A stretch of DNA of 20,000 nt from an uncultured virus (IMG/VR IMGVR_UViG_3300033064_004300) (IMGVR_UViG_3300033064_004300); one strand, 5' to 3'. Positions 7,806-16,586 are shown, counted from the first letter of the stretch. Numbers and translations are program-made. The notes: generated by a model not told the origin, from the letters alone.

Positions 7806-8360
7806 TTACTCGTTTTCTAAGAAAAAACGTCTTAAGTCAAACCCAGGGCCAATTAAATTCTTTAAAACTCTCATATTCAGTTTAGCTTCATCGTGGTCCC
7901 GGTATCGCTTAGCTTCGCTTTCAAACTTAGTGTATGTAACAAGTTTCTGACTCTGTTTATCCAGACAAGTCTTTACAAACGTATCACCCTTAGTGATAAT
8001 CCATACCTCTTGAAATTTTAAAAGTGGCATGTTTTCAGTTTCCCTAAGAGTGTGAAACTTACGAGAACAAACTACTTGGTTTTGAGACTTTTTACTAGTT
8101 ACTTTTATGGGTTTTGTTATTGTTTGCAGTTTATCTTTATCTTTTAGAGTTTTTTGAAGATTTCGTGCCTTATTTGCTGCCTGAAACGCTGTAGGAAACA
8201 TTTCTGAAGTCAGCTGAATTTTATTGCTTAACTTTACGCAACCGTAAAAGCCACCTTCACTCCTCAACGTAAACACGAGTTTACTAGGGTTTGCCTCGTG
8301 GATAATTGAAGCAGCCCTGAGCAGTTTAGACAAACTTAAAGTTGTTGTCCGATTTTCCAT
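7806..8360 (-). CDS. Basic hypothetical protein, possibly with an AP2-like N-terminal DNA-binding domain
   Basis: Beta strands followed by MFPTAFQAANKAR, similar to the AP2 FxTxxxAAxA helix; Lys-rich. Confidence 0.55.
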   Translation of the reverse strand: MENRTTTLSLSKLLRAASIIHEANPSKLVFTLRSEGGFYGCVKLSNKIQLTSEMFPTAFQAANKARNLQKTLKDKDKLQTITKPIKVTSKKSQNQVVCSRKFHTLRETENMPLLKFQEVWIITKGDTFVKTCLDKQSQKLVTYTKFESEAKRYRDHDEAKLNMRVLKNLIGPGFDLRRFFLENE

Positions 8361-8398
8361 AAAAGCCTTGGTAGTTTTTGTAAAGAGTAACCCAATGT

Positions 8399-8680
8399 TT
8401 ATTTGTTGTCCAGTAGAGCAAGACGCATCTGTTCATGTCTTGAAGTCAGCTTTGAACCGTCCCAAATTACGTCTACGTAAATTCGCCTTGCCCCTTTTAA
8501 GTTTTGTATTACACCTACGGACGAAACAGTGCCTGAACGTGTGGCGCTCAGTATACGCAAAACTTGATTCTTAGATGCAGTCGAAATAGCTGGTCCTACA
8601 CACAGTTGCCTCATCCTATTTATCTCTGTAACCCTGTCGCCTTCTTTAAATTTGAAATTTAACTCGCGAGGTGTACTCAT
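8399..8680 (-). CDS. Small SH3/KOW-like beta-barrel protein
   Basis: FKEGDRV...GTVSSV...YVDVIWDG...RLALL. Start set to ATG 8680, which forms an ATGA overlap with the polymerase stop (track start 8692). Confidence 0.65.
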   Translation of the reverse strand: MSTPRELNFKFKEGDRVTEINRMRQLCVGPAISTASKNQVLRILSATRSGTVSSVGVIQNLKGARRIYVDVIWDGSKLTSRHEQMRLALLDNK

Positions 8681-10569
8681 TTCTCTGCCCATGTGTCTGC
8701 GATCGAAGCGTCAGCTTTTGAAGGAACAATTTTCAAGATAGTCTCGGCTGCGAGTTTCATTGAGTTTTCAAGGATTTCTTTATATTGGATGGCTTTGCTC
8801 TCCTTAACCTCGAGCACAATCTCATCGTGCACACAGGCTACTAGTGCCGCATCTTCGTTTAGATACTTTCCTAATTCAGCTAACGAAAGTTTGAGTATAT
8901 CCGCCCCAGCACCCTGAATCAGAGTATTTGCGCAAGCAGTCATGATGGCGTCGTCATACGAAAGAAGCCTTCGTCTACCTAATGGAGTGCGTACATAACA
9001 CCAACCATCGGCTACCATGGCTGATCGCTCTCGGTGCCATTCACGCAAGCGTGGATAAGCTGTGTGAAAAGCTGTATGAGCGACTTTTGCGTCTGATAAC
9101 GATATTACTTTCCCTGACTGCGCAGCATACGTTTTATATTTTCGATAGCCCATACCATATAACAAAGCGAAATTAAGTGTTTTTCCGTCTTGCCTTTGAT
9201 GTTTCTTAACGTCTGCAGTAGGTATCCTGTAAATTAAACTTGCTGTAACCGTATGTAAGTCCTGTTCGTTTTTAAAGGCTTCAATCATTTGAGGGATCTT
9301 AATTAGCTCTGCGCCTAACCTGAGTTCGATTTGAGAAAAGTCGCAAATGACTAACTTGAAGCCTGGTGTTGCCTTAAAACAACCCCGAAACTCGCTGCTT
9401 CTTGGTATCTGCTGCGCATTGATGGCAAATTCTGTCTTATCATTCCCTGCTGTTTCTTTCTTTGAGCCCGACGACGTAAACCGACCGCTATTAGCTCCAT
9501 ACTGATTATACCTGCTATGAATACGGTGAGTTAAAGGATTTATGTTGCCTATAACTTTTTCTATATGTTCTAGTTTAGTTTCTATCTTGACTCGCTTCCT
9601 ATACATGTTTAAGATTACGTTATCACTGTCAAATTCACTTAAGGCAACCTGCGAGAGCGTGGGCTTATCTGTGACTCCATTAATAGGCAGCTTAATAGCT
9701 AAAGCTTCGAAAAGACGTATGCACTGTGTGCCAGAGCCGGGGTTAAATTCTTTCTTTGGTTTCTTTCCGATTAAGAGTACTCCGTCGGGATCTCTCGGAA
9801 GTTTTAGATCAGAAGGCAGTGCGCTGTCAAGCGCCTCACAAAATTCTTTAGTTTTATCCTTTAGTTCTTTACTTATACTCAGCTGTAACTCTAGTAAATT
9901 TGTAACATCAACATAGAAACCTTTATGGCACATCATCGCCACGGATCGTATACATTTTGATTCCAATGAGTAGATGTCAAGTAAAGATTCGTCGATTAGT
10001 TCTTTTAATTGACTAGCCGCCACCTGTGGCAGCAGATCAACGTCTATCGCTGCGTATTCAATTTGTTTTAAGCTAAGATCTGGCACTGTCCAATCTGATC
10101 TTTGTTCTTCTTTACTAAGATCAATGTCTAGTCGGCGTAGGACAACCGCTTTTAAACTGCATGAAACGTCTGCAAAATAAGGCTTCTTTGCCTGCGGACT
10201 GATTCGTTTTTCTTTAAATCCAGCTCTCAAGCATCTCTCAGCAATGTAAGTATCAAATATTTTGTTTTTGTAATCAATACCTAACTTCAACAAAAATTGA
10301 AAATCAAAATTCATAGAGTGAGCCACGAGCATCTCGCAGTTCTCGATTAATTCTTTTAAACCGCTGTGATCTGGTATCTTATATAGATCAAAAACAAAAA
10401 CAGTCCTGTCATCATTCTCTTCTGTTGAGCAGAGCTGGAGTAGTCTGACGTTCGCTATACGAGCATCTAGTCCTGTTGTTTCTGTATCAAGACAGAGTTT
10501 CTTAATGGGTCTCAACTTATCTAAGGCTTGTTCAAACTCAACCTGGGTCGTAATATAAAATAAATTCAT
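8677..10569 (-). CDS. polA: Family A DNA polymerase with 3'-5' exonuclease and no 5'-3' exonuclease
   Basis: ExoI LDTETTG, ExoII AHSMNFD, ExoIII YAAIDV; GRFTSS, NAQQIPR; motif A DFSQIELR, motif B RQDGKTLNFALLYG, motif C VHDEIV. Confidence 0.97.
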   Translation of the reverse strand: MNLFYITTQVEFEQALDKLRPIKKLCLDTETTGLDARIANVRLLQLCSTEENDDRTVFVFDLYKIPDHSGLKELIENCEMLVAHSMNFDFQFLLKLGIDYKNKIFDTYIAERCLRAGFKEKRISPQAKKPYFADVSCSLKAVVLRRLDIDLSKEEQRSDWTVPDLSLKQIEYAAIDVDLLPQVAASQLKELIDESLLDIYSLESKCIRSVAMMCHKGFYVDVTNLLELQLSISKELKDKTKEFCEALDSALPSDLKLPRDPDGVLLIGKKPKKEFNPGSGTQCIRLFEALAIKLPINGVTDKPTLSQVALSEFDSDNVILNMYRKRVKIETKLEHIEKVIGNINPLTHRIHSRYNQYGANSGRFTSSGSKKETAGNDKTEFAINAQQIPRSSEFRGCFKATPGFKLVICDFSQIELRLGAELIKIPQMIEAFKNEQDLHTVTASLIYRIPTADVKKHQRQDGKTLNFALLYGMGYRKYKTYAAQSGKVISLSDAKVAHTAFHTAYPRLREWHRERSAMVADGWCYVRTPLGRRRLLSYDDAIMTACANTLIQGAGADILKLSLAELGKYLNEDAALVACVHDEIVLEVKESKAIQYKEILENSMKLAAETILKIVPSKADASIADTWAEK

Positions 10570-10595
10570 AAAAAAAGGGCGCCGTTAAGACGCCC
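10570..10595 (-). terminator. Rho-independent terminator abutting the polymerase start codon
   Basis: Minus strand GGGCGTC-TTAAC-GGCGCCC-TTTTTTT then ATG (10569); 7-bp stem with one G-U pair. Confidence 0.8.
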
Positions 10596-10613
10596 ATATA
10601 AGTGAGCTAAGGT

Positions 10614-11420
10614 CTACGCAGTGTACATGTTACGAGCACGGATTCTTTTGCTCCAGCATGTCGCGACAAAGTAGCTTATATCGCCCCAATGGTCAGCAAC
10701 GGACAACCCAATCCCCGTCAGTTCTACGGCATACACCGTACGGCTGAGAAGATCAGAGTTACCACTCGACTCTCCGTTCTTAGATCCAAACTCTACTGTT
10801 TTTTCCATCTTGACCATACCCCAGCTAGCCAGCAACGCTAAGCCATCGCGGAGAGCAATGTACATTGGCGCAGCGTGGTAACACTCGTTTCTTTCAACAC
10901 CAGCAGACATTGACACAGGGCGGAAGTTACCGTTTTCTTCCTTAATAAAGCCTCGGAAACAATCTGAGTCTGCAGTCACGTCGCCCTTAAAGGCTAGAAA
11001 ATTGACAGCTTCAACGGCTACTTGCCTGAGTGTTTTCTTCCCGCCATCTCTCAAAGATACGAGGAGCATAGCTGCGCCTAGACCTTTGATATGGTTTATC
11101 TTATTCAAGGCAGCGACAGCCTCAGCGGGATCAGTAAAGATCCTGTCGGGGACAATATCCGCAGTCCTTTGAATCTTAGTTGTGCGTTGCTTACGGGGCT
11201 TAGTAAGCCCTTCAATAGCGCACTTGGCGGCAAGAGAAGCCAATACTGGATTCTTTTTCTCCACGCTTAAGGAGAAGAGCTTCTTAGCGTCGACGTCTCT
11301 CAGATTGATGTGGTCAAGAATGTGTATCGTTATTGCAGGATTGGCTTGAGCAGCCGAAAATAATGCATTGGCTTCACCCGCGTCAAGCGTGGTTTCACCG
11401 AGTTTGAAGGAGAGTTTCAT
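10614..11420 (-). CDS. Hypothetical protein, possibly with an insertion-containing winged helix at the C-terminus
   Basis: Likely start ATG 11420 (MKLSFK; track start 11438). KKTLRQVA...LRDGLALLASWGMV...RTVYAVELTGIG follows the wHTH helix-plus-wing pattern. Confidence 0.6.
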   Translation of the reverse strand: MKLSFKLGETTLDAGEANALFSAAQANPAITIHILDHINLRDVDAKKLFSLSVEKKNPVLASLAAKCAIEGLTKPRKQRTTKIQRTADIVPDRIFTDPAEAVAALNKINHIKGLGAAMLLVSLRDGGKKTLRQVAVEAVNFLAFKGDVTADSDCFRGFIKEENGNFRPVSMSAGVERNECYHAAPMYIALRDGLALLASWGMVKMEKTVEFGSKNGESSGNSDLLSRTVYAVELTGIGLSVADHWGDISYFVATCWSKRIRARNMYTA

Positions 11421-11513
11421 GAAAAGAATGAGGACCAAGAGCAGTCAAACACTTGAGAGTTAAAGATGCAACGATTTTACAATAACTTAATGTTTCAATT
11501 TTTCCTCCGTTTC

Positions 11514-11750
11514 TTAATCTTTCCATTTAGAAGGGTCTATGGGGCTCCAATACCGTACTCCGTCTGAGATCATGTAACAGAATTCAAGCTCCAGTTGATC
11601 GTTTCTTCTTACCTCCCCTAATCGTGCTTCCTTTTCTATTGTTACTTCAGGATGATTAAAGTCAGCTATCTCAGGCGTAGTGTAGTATTTAATTATGTTC
11701 TGAATTACTTGTTGATCAATTTGCCTGTTATTTAATTGATTGTTTTTCAT
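11514..11750 (-). CDS. Hypothetical protein
   Basis: Likely start ATG 11750 (MKNNQ), just after the VWA stop at 11761 (track start 11804). Confidence 0.6.
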   Translation of the reverse strand: MKNNQLNNRQIDQQVIQNIIKYYTTPEIADFNHPEVTIEKEARLGEVRRNDQLELEFCYMISDGVRYWSPIDPSKWKD

Positions 11751-11760
11751 TTGTAGTAAC

Positions 11761-13308
11761 TCAACGAATAGACTTTTGAAACAACTCGACAGAGTCCGGA
11801 TCATTATCTACGTCCACTAAGAACACTTCGTCGCTAAATCGATGTAGTACGTTTGCTTTTCTTCCTATGCAAAATGTATTCCATTGCATATTCATTTTGT
11901 CTTTGAATACTTCTAACCTACGTATGAATAGCTCAGGAATCTCAGACTGACCATCTGTAATCATTAAGACGTCAGTTTTAGGACTTAGCGAAGTTTGATT
12001 CAGCACGTGGCTGATTACAGAACTGAAAGAAGTACCACCTTTCGTTGCCCAAGTCATGACAAAATTTAATAAGTTTTCATTAGACTTTCGGTCACCCTTT
12101 AGCACAATGCTTTCCTGGATAACCGCATCAAATAAGTGTATTTGAAGTTCTCTTTTTTGCTCTAGACATTCTTCCGCAACGACGCAAGCAATAGCCTTAC
12201 TCCAAAGCTCTGCTTCGCCTGACATAGAACCGCTAATATCTACGTACATAATTACTGGCCCGTAAGAAATCTCTTTTACTTTTGCTTCATAATCTTTAGT
12301 TAATAAAGTTTTTTGTGAGTACTTTAAAGCGAATAACGTCCGCCCTATGTGGTCACCAGCTAATGCAAGTTCTATTGGGAAGATATTCTTTATGTCATCA
12401 GAGAACTTAGCGCCCACGATATCACTGTAATTGCTCTGTGTTTGCTTAGCTCGTTTTCTGTTATTCCAAGCTCTTCGTAACCCACCTATTTTATTAACTA
12501 ACTGCTTTAGTTTTTTGTTATGTCTGAGCAACTTAGCTAGCTTTCGCTTAGCTTCTAAATCATTACTGTGCGCTCCTATACCCTTGTTGGTACCTGCTAG
12601 TGTTTCCATATCTTCGTTCAGTTCGCTTGCTTCCTCAAATGTTCTGTCTACAGCTGTAGCTACGGCTGGTTGCATTGATTGCCTAACCTCACTAAATGTT
12701 TTTTCTAACTGTTTTCCTAACTCTTTTCCGAGGCGCCTGAGCTCGGCAGCTTTAATTTCATCTCCTTCTTCTCTGGCTTCTAAGAATTTATCTCTTAGGT
12801 CTTGCAGTTGCTGATTACCTTCTGTTAGAGCGTGGGCGAATGCTTGATCTTGGTGTGCTTGTTGTTCGATAAGTTCACTAAGTTTATTAATTATATTTAC
12901 TGAGTTGTTTCCGGCAGTAAACTGATTCCCGCAAGACATAAGCATAATATTTGGCCACATCGGAGCGCTACAGATATCGCTAAACAACCCAAACCAAAAA
13001 GCATTCTCTGGTTTGTAACCCGCAGGATAAGGTGAAGCTTGACCGTCTTGTTTTGTTTGAAAATAACTTTCAATGTCGTGCAAATCAACTAGTGGAGTGA
13101 CAGCTCCACCGTTATAGAGGAAATCAAATAGTTCTTTGCCGAATCTAGATAACTGAGAGATGTTGTAGTACTCAGTTAAGTATCTAACTGTCGGTTGTGC
13201 ATCTCGTATAAAATCGTCCCAAAGAAAGTCACACAAGGCGGAGACTGATAGGACCAAAGGTTCGACGCTTGTTAGACGAATAAACTCTTGTTCTGTTTTT
13301 AAGTTCAC
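11761..13308 (-). CDS. VWA-domain protein, ViaA/CoxE-like partner of the MoxR ATPase
   Basis: MIDAS YVDISGSMSG, GGTSF and LMITDG; helical N-terminus; GTGA overlap with the AAA gene. Confidence 0.92.
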   Translation of the reverse strand: MNLKTEQEFIRLTSVEPLVLSVSALCDFLWDDFIRDAQPTVRYLTEYYNISQLSRFGKELFDFLYNGGAVTPLVDLHDIESYFQTKQDGQASPYPAGYKPENAFWFGLFSDICSAPMWPNIMLMSCGNQFTAGNNSVNIINKLSELIEQQAHQDQAFAHALTEGNQQLQDLRDKFLEAREEGDEIKAAELRRLGKELGKQLEKTFSEVRQSMQPAVATAVDRTFEEASELNEDMETLAGTNKGIGAHSNDLEAKRKLAKLLRHNKKLKQLVNKIGGLRRAWNNRKRAKQTQSNYSDIVGAKFSDDIKNIFPIELALAGDHIGRTLFALKYSQKTLLTKDYEAKVKEISYGPVIMYVDISGSMSGEAELWSKAIACVVAEECLEQKRELQIHLFDAVIQESIVLKGDRKSNENLLNFVMTWATKGGTSFSSVISHVLNQTSLSPKTDVLMITDGQSEIPELFIRRLEVFKDKMNMQWNTFCIGRKANVLHRFSDEVFLVDVDNDPDSVELFQKSIR

Positions 13309-14489
13309 GCTGTTAACTCCGAGATAGATTTGGCAATTAGTTGTTTGTGTTGCTCTAAAGTTTGAATTGTTTTTGTAGCGTCTTGCCTAGTAGAAGCAGA
13401 GATACGATACTCGCTTGACTCCATAATGGAAGATAGTTTTTGGTCTAGTATTAAAACGTCGTTGTGTGCTTTGCGAAGTTTACTTACTAGTTTATTGAGA
13501 TCGCTTATTGCTTTACAGTCTTGCGCATTGATGCTATTAAATTCATTTATTAAACCACTCAACGCTCGCTTTATATCAGTGAGCATTCTTTCAGCCGTGG
13601 GCACAGCTTGCTGCAGCACTTCTTTAATTACACTGATGTCGTCTACATTTTGATAAATAATGTGCACTAGGGACCTGTGTAAGTGATCAGCGTACACTGT
13701 GTCGTCACCTTGTACAATCGCCCAACCTTTTATAAACTTTAGTATCTGAACACGTCGTCTATCGCTGATCGTTATTCCTCTTGACGCGAGTAGATCAAAC
13801 ACCTGAGAAAACTTATCTAAAAATTCGTCGGTTATTTTTATTTCATTTACTGACTCTTGTAATTCTTCTAAATGTTTGTAGGTTAATCCGGACTTAACTA
13901 CAGGACGCTTCTTTAATCCCAATGCCCATAAATCTAGTAGACGGCGGGATGTAGGTTTCCTTAGAGGTTCTACTGTTGGTCTAAAAAGAAAGCGATCGCA
14001 GAATGCTTGCAGGGATTCTTCTTGTGGAAATGAATTTGTGGCTGCAACAATTGACTGTATAGGCGTATGCATTATTTCTTTACCGTTGTTGAACGTCCGT
14101 TCATTTAAGATTGTGAGTAAAGAATTAAGTACAGCAGAACTACCCCGAAATAGCTCATCTAGGAATGCAATATTTGCACTAGGCAAGTAACCCTCAACGT
14201 CTCTTGTATATTCGTCTTTAAGTAGCTTTGATATTGCTACCGGGCCAAACAACTCTGAAGGATCTGTAGTCGGGGATAGTAAATAACCGAAGTACTTACT
14301 ACCTTCGAATCCACCTGAAACAGCTCTTACTAATTCAGACTTACCAGTACCAGGTAGGCCAAACAAGAACGTGTTCTGTTTTGTTATAACCGAGGCTAGC
14401 AAACCATCAATGACTTCTTCTCGTTCTAGAAATGCAGTGTTAAGAGAGCCGCGAAAGTTCTGAAGAGTGGTGAATAGTGTGTCGTTCAT
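13305..14489 (-). CDS. MoxR-family AAA+ ATPase, RavA-like
   Basis: FLEREEVI, Walker A GLPGTGKS, PSELFGP, GYLP, Walker B AFLDELFR, LNSLLTILNERTF, AATN, DRF, sensor II SDRR. Confidence 0.94.
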   Translation of the reverse strand: MNDTLFTTLQNFRGSLNTAFLEREEVIDGLLASVITKQNTFLFGLPGTGKSELVRAVSGGFEGSKYFGYLLSPTTDPSELFGPVAISKLLKDEYTRDVEGYLPSANIAFLDELFRGSSAVLNSLLTILNERTFNNGKEIMHTPIQSIVAATNSFPQEESLQAFCDRFLFRPTVEPLRKPTSRRLLDLWALGLKKRPVVKSGLTYKHLEELQESVNEIKITDEFLDKFSQVFDLLASRGITISDRRRVQILKFIKGWAIVQGDDTVYADHLHRSLVHIIYQNVDDISVIKEVLQQAVPTAERMLTDIKRALSGLINEFNSINAQDCKAISDLNKLVSKLRKAHNDVLILDQKLSSIMESSEYRISASTRQDATKTIQTLEQHKQLIAKSISELTA

Positions 14490-14725
14490 GATTGTGTTTG
14501 AGGAGTGTTTAATCCGTGGATAACAAAGGGCTTTGGTCTAGGGAGTGGAATCTGTTGCGTTGTAATCCAACACTTATGTGTGAGCAAGTGTTGGATAGAG
14601 AGTAATCTTTCGCAGGCATAGTCAACGTTTGTAAAGCTAACGGCCTCGAGTGGATCACTCGTATATTTTTCAATGTCTTGTAGAAACCCTTCGTCGGATG
14701 CAATTAAGTAAATAGTTCTCGTCAT
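14486..14725 (-). CDS. Hypothetical protein (79 aa)
   Basis: Coupled on both sides (TAATG upstream, ATGA downstream). Confidence 0.75.
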   Translation of the reverse strand: MTRTIYLIASDEGFLQDIEKYTSDPLEAVSFTNVDYACERLLSIQHLLTHKCWITTQQIPLPRPKPFVIHGLNTPQTQS

Positions 14726-15936
14726 TAAAAATCTAACTCTTCTGCTGTGCTGGCAGTTAACGTACGTAATTCATCTAACTCCTCGGTCAAACTTATGTTA
14801 GTGGAGTGAATAAATTCACTTTGTTGATCAAATAAATTTTGTAAGTGACGTGCACGTTGGTTGTAGACATCCTTCTCGAGTTCTATCTGACCATAAAGGT
14901 TATCTAATTGATCCTTAGACTCTGCCTCTCTAATTTTTACAATCAAATCTTTATAAACTCCTGATAAAGACAGAGATTTCTTTAACAGATCAAGACCAGC
15001 GGAGGAGTCACGTGTGGCCACAATCCGCTCTAGTTCTCCCCTAATTTCAACCTTCAGTTCTGAGAATTTGTTATATGCTCTGTCTCTAGTTTTGGCGTCT
15101 GGCGCCTGTAAGTCAGTGCTCACCTCATTTAATTTCTTTGTTAGCTCACATAAACTTTCAAACCCAGGACAATGAGCTGATATTAACTGCAGATTCTCCG
15201 CAGTCATTTGCCACGATCCTCGCCGTTTTAGTCCTCCAGTTTGTCGACCACCTATCTTGCTAGCAATACGCACATCTAGATCATCAAGTAATTCAGCGGC
15301 TTTCAAACAAGCGCGATCAGCCGCTCCCGAACGGGCAGCTTCTAATACTTCTGTAGTGTTAGAGACTGATGCCTCCCACATTGTTTTCGAGAACGGATGA
15401 TCGTCCTTATTGTTTGCAGCATCTAAGAACACAGGATTTGGCCCGAGTACATATACGTTTATAGGATTCTCAAACTGTCGCTTTGTAGGAAACAGAGATA
15501 GGTATGCTTCCTTAGCCATGTTGTATGACACAGGATCTTCGTGTTGAAACAAAGGTTCTAAGAAACCCACAACTGTACTGGCCCACTTTTCATATTCCTG
15601 CAGCCATAACTCGTTTAGTAATTCATTAAAGTTTGCAGCGTTTTGTCTGATTAAGATAATGCGTTGCATTGCCTCCACAAAATAATCCTCGTGGAGAAAG
15701 TGAGTGTCTCCTTGGTGAATTGTGCAGTCGTCGTACAGCTTGCGCTGTTCAATGCGTAGATTACTTAGGAACTCCTTAAGTTTTCCAGATAAGTTGGGTC
15801 GTACCGAAACTGATTGTTGTTTTTCAAGAACTTCAATGACTGACTTTTGTAATCTGAGATCATTCAATCTGATCTGTGTGCTCTGACGAACACTGGCGCT
15901 GATTTCAACACGCAAGATGAAGATGTTTTTATCCAT
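14725..15936 (-). CDS. Large helical hypothetical protein, possibly DUF3150-like
   Basis: Likely ATG 15936 preceded by GATCACC (track start GTG 15945). About 400 aa, mostly helical, upstream of the AAA/VWA pair. Family call rests on size, architecture and context only. Confidence 0.6.
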   Translation of the reverse strand: MDKNIFILRVEISASVRQSTQIRLNDLRLQKSVIEVLEKQQSVSVRPNLSGKLKEFLSNLRIEQRKLYDDCTIHQGDTHFLHEDYFVEAMQRIILIRQNAANFNELLNELWLQEYEKWASTVVGFLEPLFQHEDPVSYNMAKEAYLSLFPTKRQFENPINVYVLGPNPVFLDAANNKDDHPFSKTMWEASVSNTTEVLEAARSGAADRACLKAAELLDDLDVRIASKIGGRQTGGLKRRGSWQMTAENLQLISAHCPGFESLCELTKKLNEVSTDLQAPDAKTRDRAYNKFSELKVEIRGELERIVATRDSSAGLDLLKKSLSLSGVYKDLIVKIREAESKDQLDNLYGQIELEKDVYNQRARHLQNLFDQQSEFIHSTNISLTEELDELRTLTASTAEELDF

Positions 15937-15941
15937 GGTGA

Positions 15942-16367
15942 TCACTTGATTCGAGAGAATGCGAGGTTGATTTTGTCTGTAACGAAGTCAACTTTGAACG
16001 TGAGTTTAAGCTGCTCGAGTAGTTGCTTGCGTTCTAGCTTGGCAAGTTTTAGCTTCTGCTCTATCTGAGCAATCTTATCGTCTAGTTTTTCGAGTTTTGC
16101 GTGCGGTGTGGGGGACTTTGTAACCCGAACTATAATGTTTGCGTTGTACTCTGGGAAACGAAAGAGTGACTCAGTGCCTTGAAGCAAGCTGAGATTTACA
16201 CCTGAGCTCTCTGCCTTTACTACATCGTTTGTTAGGTTACTCCGCGCAGCGTCGTAAGACACGCCAAACGATTCGTTTAGATGAGATAGTGCTATGTCAC
16301 ACTCGTCATACAACTGAGCAGTGAGCCTACCTTGTCGTACAAGATTTTGTAGGGTGAGTTTTGTCAT
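15942..16367 (-). CDS. Hypothetical protein with C-terminal coiled coil
   Basis: 141-aa ORF, first gene after the promoter; heptads LEKLDDKIAQIEQKLKLAKLERKQL. Confidence 0.75.
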   Translation of the reverse strand: MTKLTLQNLVRQGRLTAQLYDECDIALSHLNESFGVSYDAARSNLTNDVVKAESSGVNLSLLQGTESLFRFPEYNANIIVRVTKSPTPHAKLEKLDDKIAQIEQKLKLAKLERKQLLEQLKLTFKVDFVTDKINLAFSRIK

Positions 16368-16430
16368 AGGGTTCTGATGTGTGTTGGGGTTTGTGCACCA
16401 CGTTAAGGGCCTGTGCCGCCCATGTAGAGC

Positions 16431-16459
16431 AAGATAACATACTGGGCTTCTGCTGTCAA
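16431..16459 (-). promoter_or_regulatory. Sigma70/SigA-type promoter for the AAA/VWA operon
   Basis: Minus strand TTGACA-17 nt-TATCTT with extended -10 TGn, about 64 nt upstream of ATG 16367, in the largest intergenic gap. Confidence 0.75.
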
Positions 16460-16586
16460 CTATTGTGCTTGATATACTTTGGTTATCAATACAGTGTTAA
16501 GCACGTTCAATAATTAAGAATAAGTAAACTATTTCTTAACCTAATTTTTGACATTCAATTTTCGTACTCTGTAACCTTTTATAATT

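Noticed and set aside
1..10569. Inteins, introns, frameshifts or stop-codon recoding in the polymerase and primase-helicase
   Set aside because: Both frames are continuous with normally spaced motifs under the standard code.
13992..13999. HIP1 octamer GCGATCGC
   Set aside because: Only one copy noticed by eye; no enrichment, so it says little about the host.
11761..14489. AAA/VWA pair as CobS/CobT cobaltochelatase or an auxiliary metabolic gene
   Set aside because: The motifs (ELFGP, GYLP, LNERTF, SDRR) fit the RavA-type MoxR subfamily, and no cobalamin genes are nearby.
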